Part shown: in pieces, positions 54,026 to 64,000 of the stretch | Layout of the letters: each line of letters begins with the position of its first letter | Numbering within the stretch: the first letter of the stretch is position 1 | Source: Octopus vulgaris | Lineage: Eukaryota | Length of the DNA stretch: 64,000 nucleotides | Direction of reading: 5' to 3' | Assembly (NCBI GenBank): GCA_951406725.2 | Contig: OX597836.1 | Location: forward strand, 9,238,001 to 9,302,000 | Program-made: the position numbers and the translations under genes | Notes under the pieces: model-generated | The model's input: the letters and a program-made list of their open reading frames with translations, nothing else | Databases searched by the model: none | Told to the model about the DNA's origin: nothing

Positions 54026-54713
54026 CTGTAAATCCTTGAATATAGTCTGCTCTTGAGTATAATACACAGGGGATTTTTAGGGGGCTGTACTTCTGAAAAA
54101 CCTAAACCTTGTGTATAATACGCGCCCCTTCGCTAATTTGAGTCAAGGAGGTCTATATAACGTCCTTGGTTTGTAAAAACGTATACGGTAACGTCCTTTA
54201 TTATTATTGTATATATAACATAATGCAAATGTGTATACGCTGTGGATTTTTAGGGGGCTGTACCTGTGAAAAACCTAAACCTTGTGTATAATACGCACAC
54301 CTTCTCTAACTTGAGTCAAGGAGGTCTATATAACGTCCTTGGTTTGTAAAAACGTATACGGTAACGTCCTTTATTATTATTGTATATATAACATAATGCA
54401 AACGTGTAGCTTTTTTGTGCATTTTGTTTGCAGAAAATAAAGAAATAACAGTAATAACGTTTAATAAATGTTGCTTACTGCAAGTTATGGATGATTCTTT
54501 TATGACTTCATTGCTTTCAGGCTTAGCTTAAGGTATTTTCGCGCCCGACATCACAAAATGCGTCTAAATAAAAATTGCTTGGACAGCAAAATAGAGACTT
54601 GGACATTGCTTAGAAAATAATTTTCATTTTTAACCTCGTATATAGTACGCACTAAGGATTTTGACCTTTAAATTTTTGGGGAAAAAATGCGGATTATTCT
54701 CGAGGATTTACGG
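54026..54713. mobile_element. pogo/mariner-like MITE with internal tandem duplication of about 174 bp
   Basis: TA|CTGTAAATCCTTGAATATAGTC...GATTATTCTCGAGGATTTACGG|TA; repeat units start at about 54071 and 54245. Confidence 0.72.
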
Positions 54714-54778
54714 TATTTCATTTCAGAAATTAAAACAGAAAATAGGGTGAAATCTGAAGAAAGCAGAATAAAGGATAC

Positions 54779-54816
54779 AGTCACTTAAGGTGATGTGATC
54801 TTTAAATATGGTGTAC
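54779..54816 (-). CDS. UBL5: Ubiquitin-like protein 5, coding exon 3
   Basis: YTIFKDHITLSD(Y). ctttcag| acceptor; donor |GTATCCTTT (U12-type). Confidence 0.95.
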
Positions 54817-55012
54817 CTGAAAGAAGACAAAAACATAAAAATGTAAGAAAAGACAGTATTTCGTTTGTTTCACAGTCAAAATAAAATTACTTTTACTCCT
54901 CATCTTCTAGTACAAAAGTGTTACGTTTGGGGCTTGTAGTCTGGTCAGGTGCATGATAATCTCACTGCTGGTGGTGGTATGAAAAAAAGTACCCAGGACA
55001 TGTTACAACATG

Positions 55013-55422
55013 GGATCTTTTCGGTTTGAACGGCAGTTTTTTCTAGCGGTGTCATATGAAATTGTCACCCATAATTATGACCCTAGTATCAATCTATTGC
55101 ATTTCAATCTGTTTTAGGGTAAGGGGTGGGGGAAAGGGTATCTTTTTTTCTTCACAAATGTAAATAAACCCAATCTGTTTCTTAAACGAGGGACATATTC
55201 ATATGGCACAGAATGTTTTCACCTCAATAGACGTCATTGATTAGTTGAAATTGCAGAAATTGAAGAAAAAAGCAACAAATATCTTACAGACTATAGAATT
55301 TTCTCAATAAAGCCAAGAGAAAAATATGTTTTATAAACACATTCTACCAGTATACGAAGTTTAAAAGTGTTTAGTTACGTGGAAATCATTTTAAAAAACT
55401 GCCGGTCAAACGGAAAAGATCC
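55013..55422. mobile_element. MITE with about 30-bp TIRs and 8-bp TSD (possibly Merlin- or hAT-like)
   Basis: GGATCTTTTCGGTTTGAACGGCAGTTTTTT / AAAAAACTGCCGGTCAAACGGAAAAGATCC; flanks acaacatg / ataacatg. Confidence 0.7.
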
Positions 55423-55899
55423 ATAACATGTACAACATGTAGGTGAAAGATGACAACTCTTGAACATTGTAAAAAATCAAAAAGTTCATCTGTTATGGCC
55501 ACATTTGAAGAAGAGGTCGGGGAAATATTATCAGAGAAGGAAGAGTAGAAGGGAATAAATAGATCGAGTGGCAGCCAAAGAATGTGATGGATGGACAATA
55601 TCGTGAACTGGCGAGACAAGATTGGCAAGGGGAGTTAATCGGGAAGACATTTGTTGCAGTGTCACCAATGCACAGCAGGCGTAGGAGTGGCTGTGTGGTA
55701 AGTAGCTTGCTAACCAACCACATGGTTCCGGGTTCAGTCCCACTGTGTGGCACCTTGGGCAGGTGTCTTCTGCTATAGCTTCGAGCCGACCAAAGCCTTG
55801 TGAGTGGATTTGGTAGATGGAAACTGAAAGAAGAGTATAGAGTATATGCAGTAGTGTACAAATGTCTGGAAAGTGAACAGTGTATGAGTCAGATACATG

Positions 55900-56330
55900 C
55901 TTGCGTGTGTGTGTATGGAGGGGAGAAAATCAGGTGTAGTGTTGGCGAATCTCAGGAAGCATGGAAGTTTTGAAGAGTGCAGTGCTCCGACAACTAACAA
56001 CTGATGCCGGCAGTTTTTTCCATGCTTCAGCAACTCTCAGCGTGAAAAAATGTTTCCAAAAGTCATGGGAGCTGTGCTGTTTTCTGACTTTGCAAACATG
56101 TCCACGGGTTTTAGACAGGTGGAGTTTGAAAAGGTGCTCAGAGTTATTGTTTGTAAGATGGTTGATAATTTTATGGGCGTCTGCCAAGTCAGCTGCCAGA
56201 TGTCGGAGTTTCAATGTATCCACGCCCAGGGAAGTAAGGTGTTCAGAATATGGCAAATGCCTGATGGAGGGTATTCTCTTGGTTGCAATGTATGGCAGGC
56301 ATTCAGTATGTAATGACGACATGATGGGGC
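55900..56330 (-). mobile_element. CR1-like LINE 3' fragment
   Basis: LPYSEHL...LRHLAADL...TRGHVCKVRKQH...HFFTLRVAEAWKKLPASVV. Confidence 0.72.
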
Positions 56331-56372
56331 CTGATAGGTAATGAGACGATCCCCTGAATGGGTCAATGCGTT

Positions 56373-56403
<31 letters not shown>

Positions 56404-56619
56404 AAAGCTATGAGATAATGCATAATTAATTGAACACAATGTGAGTCAATAAGCATTACATTTGGCAGATTAATCTGAGGTCTAAAGGGTTAATGCATAC
56501 AGATTCATTAGAGAAGTAAAATTTAATAGTTTCTGTTTAAAATTGAACAAGAAATTTCTGTGAATATTGTGCTATGTTGATAGTCATTTTTATTAGTATT
56601 TCATAAATATATTTTAAAC

Positions 56620-56938
56620 TACCAGTGCCGGTGGCACGTAAGAGAACCACCCGAATGTGGCCGTTGCCAGCGCCGCCCCGACTGGCCTCCGTGCCGGTGG
56701 CACGTAAAAGGCACCATCCGATCGTGGCCGTTTGCCAGCTCCGTCTGGCACCTGTGCGGGTGGCACGTAAAAAGCACCCACTACACTCACGGAGTGGTTG
56801 GCGTTAGGAAGGGCATCCAGCGGTAGAAACACTGCCAGATCAGACTGGGCCTGGCACAGCCTTCTGGCTTCCCAGACCCCAATTGAACCGTCCAACCCAT
56901 GCTAGCATGGAAAGCGGACGTTAAACGATGATGATGAT
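56620..56938 (+). mobile_element. Retroposon family C with about 60-bp internal repeats and (GAT)n tail (representative; also 14750-15010, 19490-19890, 30130-30610, 60745-61153)
   Basis: GGTTGGCGTTAGGAAGGGCATCCAG...CCAACCCATGCTAGCATGGAAAGCGGACGTTAAACGATGATGATG. Confidence 0.75.
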
Positions 56939-57759
56939 ACGCCCTTTTGACAAGTTGTGGTGCACCCAAGCACTGTATACAATAATTTCATTATCATTAT
57001 TAAAAGGCCATCTAAGGAAGAATATGATCTGGATGTTTGTGGTTGTAGTAGCTGCTCTGTCTCCAATTTTCTAAATGAAACAATGCAGACAAAAGCTGAA
57101 ATAATAATCCAGAACATTCTTTCTTCTCAACTGCGCTAACCCTAACAGGCCATAGGACTCTTCTGTGGATGTGCAACTTGTATGTGTTAGCACTAACTGT
57201 GCTGCAGGGCGCTCAACTGGATATTCAATGAATACATATCAGTTAAATGTTTCCCAGGTTTCGGTGGTGTAGAAATTCCCCACCTGGACGGAACGCCAGT
57301 CCGTCGCAGGATTACTCACTTTTGCCAGCTGAGTCGACTGGAGCAAGGTGAAATGAAGTGTTTTGCTCAAGAACACAATGTATTGCCTGGTCCAGGGATT
57401 GAAACCACAACCATACAATTATGAGTTCAACACCCTAACCACTAAGCCATGCACCACCACTAAATGTTCCTTCTCAAGCCATGCCATGTTCATAAGGGCC
57501 GGTTTCCCGGTTTCAGTGGCGTAGAAATTCCCCACCTGGACGGGACGCCAGTCCATCGTAGTGTTACTCATCGAGTGTTTTGCTCAAGAACACAACGCGT
57601 CGCCCGGTCCAGGAATTGAAACCACAACCTTACAATTATGAGTTCAACATCCTAACCACTTAGCCACGCGCCTCCACACATATCAGTTGCAACAGGTAAT
57701 AAGGACTCTCAACTGGAATATGGATTACAGTCAAAAGGGAAAATAATCAAGTAGCTTAC

Positions 57760-57843
57760 CATTTTTTCAAAACGATTCGCTCCCACCGAGTGCCTGTTTG
57801 AGCTGCGATTAATTTTTTTAGGTCACAAATGGTGTCGTCTTCA
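57760..57843 (-). CDS. UBL5: Ubiquitin-like protein 5, coding exon 2
   Basis: [27 protein letters not shown](W). ctttcag| acceptor; |gtaagc donor. Confidence 0.96.
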
Positions 57844-59285
57844 CTGAAAGATTTAGTTAAAGAAAACAACTGCAAGAACAATAACAACAATAATCGTAAT
57901 AATTATTGTACGATACAAACAAGAAGATGATATTTTTTTCAAATGCAGTAATGCCATTAGAACAGCAGAAATAATGGGTAAATATCTTTACAAGGTAGTT
58001 TGTTGACAACTTTTTCTACCTTGTAAGGGTATTCACCCATTATTTCTGCATTTGAAAAAAATATCATCTGCTTGTTTGTGTTGTACAATACACACTTGGA
58101 CGCTTCTAATAAAAACATATGTTAGTTTGTTTATATTTACACATCATCATCATCGTTTAACGTCCGTTCTCCATGCTGGCATGGGTTGGACGGTTCGACT
58201 GGGGATCTGGGAAGCCAGAAGGCTGCACCAGGCTCCAGTCTGATCTGGCAGTGTTTCTACAGCTGGATACCCTTTCTAACACCAACCATTCCATGAGTGT
58301 AGTGGGTGCTTTTTACGTGCCAGGCGAGGCTGGCAACGGCCACAATGGGATTGGTGCTTTTTACGTGTCACCGGCACAGAAGCCAGTCAAGGCGGCGCTG
58401 GCATCGGCCACGTTTGGATGGTGCTTTTTACATGCCACCAGCACGGAAGCCAGGCTAGAATAATTATATTTAAAAGACCAAGTTAACAAAAAAGCACCCA
58501 GCACAATCTGGTAAGTGGTTGGCATTATGAAGGGCATCAAACTGTAGAAACCATGCCACAACAGACAAGTGGCGTCTGGACAGTTCCATGTCAAACCACC
58601 CAACCCATGGAAAGCAGACATTAAATGGGTGCTTTTTAAGCGGCACCGGTACATAAAAGGACAAGCCTGCATGTGTGGAAGCAATTATATTTAGCTTCAT
58701 GTGTTTTATCAGGTTCAGCAAATTGCCACGACTTCCTGTCCGCTGTTGTTTCCTTGGTGAGGCCCAGAGTCCAAAGATCCTTTCTCACCACTTTGTCCCA
58801 CATCTTCCTGGGTACCCTCCAAAATTAGAGCTCGGCACTCAAACACAACATGCTGCCTAGTCAGGGGATTGAAGCTTCAACTACAGAATTTTAAATCCCA
58901 TGCCCTAACCACTAAGTCATGGCCTTCTCAAAAAAAAAAAAAGCACCTATATATATATATATATATATGTGTATATATATATATATATATATAGGTAGAT
59001 AGAATCAAGTCTTTGGTGTTAAATTTGAAATCATGACACCAGGTTATTGGCATTCCTTCTTGCCGTTTTGCAGAGATAAGATGCAATCCTTATTCACTTG
59101 GGTTTTTTTCCAACTATGCCTGTGAAAATCTAGTGTTAATTTTTGTGGCTTTGAAGTACTTTGACTCCTATTTTTAGCAAAGCTAGTGCTTCATAGCACC
59201 CTTGTTATATATAATTCTTATATATATCTATTAATTTGGCCACTAACATTAATCTCTCATGAGCATTAACGTTCTTTATATATCT

Positions 59286-59318
<33 letters not shown>

Positions 59319-60504
59319 GAGGAATGACCACTTAAGTGGACACCTAATATGCTAAACATAGATGTCAAATCGCCATTGCAGGGTGACCAAGTAACTTTGC
59401 ATGACAAGGAATTTTGAGAGGAGAGGGGGGAGGGGCATTGGAGGAGGGGATCCTGCATCAGATGATGTAAGGTAAGACTGTGACAAAGAGATAAGAACAG
59501 GCATCTTGCTATAGAGGAGGAATATTGGAGGAGGTGGTCATGTGTCAGATGATGAAAGGTTAGAGTGTGACAGAGAAACAACCATGGAAAAATGAATGTA
59601 AAATGGCAATAGCATGTGTACCTCAGTGAGAAACTGACTGCCATTAAATGCTATGTTGAACATAAATACCCAGTATCATGTGGTTGGGAAGCAGACTTCT
59701 TACCACTAATATATATATATATATGCTGGCATGGGTTGGACGGTTCGACCGGGGATCTGGGAAGCCAGGAGGCTGCACCAGGCTCCAGTCTTATCTGGCA
59801 ATGTTTCTACAGCTGGATGCCCTTCCTAACGCCAACCACTCCAAGAGTGTAGTGGGTGCTTTTTACGTGCCACCCGCATATATATACATATATATATATA
59901 TACATATATATACATATATATATATTATATATATATATATATATAAAATAAGAAAATGGAGGAATAGATTCCTTTCAATCATCAACCTCCAGATAATACA
60001 TTGTATTATCTGGAAGTTGATGACTGAAAGAAATCTATTCCTCCATTTTCTTATTTCGTATTATGAATTTGAGGTAAAACATTTTACCTTCGCCCATATA
60101 ATACAATAAATGAATTAATTGCATTGCAATTCTTACCATTTATGTATTAGCCTTCTGGGTACTTTACTAGCAGTATATTGGATAAATGATATCCCATAGT
60201 GGGTTACACTCATAACCCCTATCTCACTTTGTACCTTTATATATATATATACACACATTATGGGCTTATTTCAGTTTCCATCTAGCAAATCCACTCACAA
60301 GGCTTTGGTCAGCCTGGAGCTATATGAGAAGACACTTTCGCAAAGTGCCATGCAGTGGGACTGAACCTGGAACCATGTGGTCGGGAAAGAAACTTCTTAC
60401 CATATGGCCACACACTATTTTTTTTTTTTTTTTTTAGTTTTTGTCATCTGGCACACATACAATAAAGAGGAAGACCCTTAATCTCTTTGGAAGCAGAAGG
60501 ATAC
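57844..60504 (-). other. U12-type (minor spliceosome) GT-AG intron of UBL5
   Basis: 5' splice site GTATCCTTC; branch-like TTCTTTAAC about 12 nt upstream of the AG. Confidence 0.85.
59946..60056. repeat. Near-perfect palindrome (55-bp arms, 1-nt spacer, 3 mismatches)
   Basis: 59946-60000 is the reverse complement of 60002-60056. Confidence 0.95.
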
Positions 60505-60560
60505 TTGCACTTCACTCTGACTTTCTTTCCCAGTCGGTCATTACAAGTTATCTCAAGCAT
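60505..60560 (-). CDS. UBL5: Ubiquitin-like protein 5 (Hub1), coding exon 1
   Basis: MLEITCNDRLGKKVRVKC(N). Acceptor ttccttcag| at 60580; donor |GTATCCTTC (U12-type). Confidence 0.96.
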
Positions 60561-62592
60561 CTTTGAAGCACTGCGGACTCTGAAGGAAGAAGAAAAATAT
60601 ATTGCATCAAAACATGAAAGCGATTTCAATCAAATAAAATTAAACGTGTATAACTGAAATTTTGTTCTTTTGTCACCAAAACCGATCGATAACACCTGAG
60701 TGATGTTCAATACATAAACTTCGTTTATCTTGCTTTCTCTTCTTTCTGTCGCCTTACTGGCACTCGAGCCCTGTGCTAGTAGGGTGTTAAGAGCACCATC
60801 CGAGCGTGATCGTTGCCAGAGCGGCTATCTGGCCTCCGTGCCAGTGGCACGTAAAGGACACCATTCGAGTGTGATCGTTACCAGCTTCGCCTTACTGGCA
60901 CCTGTGCTGGTGGTATATGTAAAAAGATTCGAGCGAGGTCTTGCCAGTATCGCCTGACTGGCCCCGTGCCAGTGGCACGTTAAAGCACCCACTACATTCT
61001 CGGAGTGGTTGGTGTTAGGAAGGGCATCCAGCTGTAGAAACTCTGCCAGATCAAGATTGAAGCCTGGTGCAGCCTTCTGGTTCGCCAGCCCTCAGTCAAA
61101 TCGTCCAACCCATGCTAGCATGGAAAGCGGATGTTAAACGATGATGATGATGATCTAAAACTAGACCCCCGCCTTCCATCTCAGACTGTAATGTCATTTT
61201 CTGCTTTCAAGTATCAAATGTTATGTTTATACTCAGTTGAAAGCTTATCCATATCAGAGATGGTGTGAGGTCTTATGGTCTAGTGGTTAGAGTGTTGCAC
61301 TCACGATTGCGAGATTGTGGTTTCAATTCCCGAAGCGATTTGTACGTTGTGTTGTTGTAGAAAACATTTCATCTCATGTTGCTGCGATCACTTTGACATC
61401 CGATGTGTGGCACACCGTGCACCTATTCAAGCAACGTTGATCTGATGGAGGGAATGAGCTAATGTACATTCCCTCCAAAAACTGTCCAATATAATTTCTA
61501 AATGTAACCACTCGGCTTCGGGGGTCGAGTGGGCATTGCGCCTCATTTTATTATTTTCATTCGTTCCTTTTATTTTTTCTTCCTTACTCGACTTCCTTCT
61601 ATATTTTTATTTCCCCGATTATGAGTTTTGTATTGTTTTTGCAATTTAAAACCTCTATTTCCGGCCCCTTGTGGGTAATAAAAAAATTAAGGACGTCGGT
61701 GTTCCCTTGGCGGGGGTTTGCGCTCTCTGACTGCTCTTGTGTTAATTATTTCTTTATATTTGTTTCCGAGCACTGTCTTTGTAAGTCAGCTACCTAGTTA
61801 CACATCTCACTATATTGTCTTCGTGTTTAGGCATTAAAAGAACGAAAATCAAATTAACTGAAATTAAAAAGATTTGGAATGAATTAACGGATATTATCAT
61901 CAAGAAGGCGAAATCCGAAAAAAAATCAGTCTTCGCGAAAACCCGATAATACCAACGATTTAAAAGGAGTCGTCGTTGTACATACCAATGTCCAACACAA
62001 CCGGTTATTGTAATGAAATGTCTTAATTAGGCAAAATTTAAAAGGTTTTCAGGAGAAAATTCTCCACATAAATCTTGAACACGTGAAAATAAAGATCAAA
62101 TTCGTAAAAGAAAACTAAGTTTTGAAATTATTATTGTTAATCTGGTATTCAAAATTTTGACATAAGAACAAGATCCTTGCAATAAATTAATTACATTAAT
62201 TAAGGTGACAAGAAAATCATATCAAAACATAATTACGGTTTATCCGAGGGAGAGAAAAAAATAAATAATAAGCAATACAGAGCTAGGACAGTTACAGTCT
62301 CAGTTTCGTACTTGGTAGAATCGTTTCCTTCTAAATTACAAGACGAATGATATTTATTTCTTTACTGCCCACAAGGGGGCTAAACACAGAGGGGGACAAA
62401 CAAGGAGAGACACAGGGGATTAAGTCGATTATATCGGCTCCAGTGCGTAACTGGTACTTATTTAATCGACCCCGAAAGAATGAAAGGCAAAGTCGACCTC
62501 GGCGGAATTTGAACTCAGAACGTAGCGGCAGTATGGAAAGCGGAAGTTAAACGACAGCATAGAAAGCGGAAGTTAAACGATGATGATGACGA

Positions 62593-62681
<89 letters not shown>

Positions 62682-64000
62682 ATGCTAATATCAAGCAGTA
62701 TGAATGAGTGCTCAACACTGCATTGGGAGATAAATATTCTTTATTTTTGGTTTAACAAGACAACCAATGGTTTCATGCAAAAAGATCTTTACAATTGTTC
62801 AAGTGTACCACACAGAAATATTGGCAATCACCCTGATAAAGAATAATCACCACTCAAATGCATTAGTGTTGTTGGCAGAGACATACAGCTTGAAATTAAG
62901 GATCTGTCAGGATTATTGGAGTACAGAGATTCCTACCACACCATCGTGAAATGTATCTCAGTCGCCTGAAGAATATATATCATCATCATCGTCCTCATCA
63001 ATTAACATCCATATTCCAAGCTGGCATGGGTTAGACAGTTGCACAGGAAGTGGCAAACCAGAAGGTTCTACCAACCCCTGCTGTCTGCTTTAGTATAGTT
63101 TTTCTAAAGGTGTATGCCCTTCTTAATGCCAACCACTTTGCAGAATATAGTGGATGATTTTTAGTGGTACCAGCATTGGTGCTTTTATACAGCACCAGCA
63201 TCAGTAGGGTCACCAAGTAAATTTGTAAAGCAGCCTGCCCCTTGGCTAGGAGAGGGGTGGTACTAAGAGAGATAAGGCGGTGAGCTGGCAGAATCGTTAG
63301 CATGCCGGGTGAAATGCTTAGCGGTATTTTGTCTGCCGCTACGTTCTAAATTCAAATTCCACCGAGGTCGACTTTGCCTTTCATCTTTTCGGGGTCGATA
63401 AAGTACCAGTAAAATACTGGGGTCGATATAACTGACTTAATCCATTTGTCTGTTCTTGTTTGTCCTCTCTGTGGTTAGCCCCTTGTGGGTAGTAAAGAAA
63501 TAGGTATTTCGTCTGCCGTTACGTTCTGAGTTCAAATTCCGCCAAGGTCGACTTTGCCTTTAATCCTTTCAGGGTCGATAAAGTACCAGTAAAATTCTTG
63601 TGGGTCGTAAAGAAATAGGTATTTCATCTGCCACTACATTCTGAGTTCAAATTCTGCCGAGGTCGACTTTGCCTTTCATCCTTTCGGGGTCGATTAAATA
63701 AGTACCAGTTACGCATTGGGGTCGATATAATCGACTTAATCCGTTAAAAGAAATAGGTACTGAGAGAGGTGGCTATATACATATAGCTAATAGTGAGGGA
63801 TTATCAATTCAGGCAGATTATCCCATAAGCTCCCTGTTGGCCCACCAGGCTAACAATATTGTTTAGATTTGTGTAGAACTCTCCTTCTCTTACGTGACCC
63901 TTTCCTCTATTCTTTCCTTGCTTCTCTTCACCTTATTGTAACCTGTCTTCCTCTTTATCTCTCTTCCACTTGCCTCTTTTCTCTTCTTTCCCCCCTCTTC

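Larger units (their letters stand above)
51921..54778 (-). other. U12-type GT-AG intron of UBL5
   Basis: 5' splice site GTATCCTTT; branch site TCCTTGAC at 51941-51934, about 13 nt from the 3' splice site. Confidence 0.9.

Noticed and set aside
61986-62030. Possible non-coding first exon of UBL5 (minus-strand G|GTATGT donor at 61985)
   Set aside because: Plausible given the acceptor at 60580, but supported only by a donor-like hexamer; not called without transcript data.

Overview
AT-rich, repeat-dense eukaryotic genomic DNA, most likely from a coleoid cephalopod (Octopus-like, judged from the SINE families and a squid-type G-gamma). Four protein-coding genes were reconstructed by hand from splice sites and reading frame: (1) the last six exons of POLD2 (+, 1357-19067); (2) a two-exon, 89-aa G-protein gamma subunit ending in CLVL (+, 22607-28476), absent from the ORF track, with photoreceptor-like homeodomain motifs upstream; (3) a cytoplasmic poly(A)-binding protein with an intronless 630-aa CDS (-, 38758-40650), a probable TOP/TCT-initiated non-coding first exon and a long TE-free 3' UTR; (4) UBL5/Hub1 (-, 51877-60560), in which two of three coding introns are U12-type. 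The rest is SINEs, MITEs (piggyBac-, pogo-, hAT- and possibly Merlin-like), non-autonomous Helitrons, LINE and transposase relics, microsatellites and minisatellites. Most other ORFs in the track are repeat artefacts. The leads most worth testing are a 55-bp hairpin in a UBL5 U12 intron, a candidate restorative Q/R editing codon in PABP, a triplicated structured element at 43.5-44.8 kb and Penelope-type hammerhead relics. No database searches were run; family assignments rest on recalled motifs.
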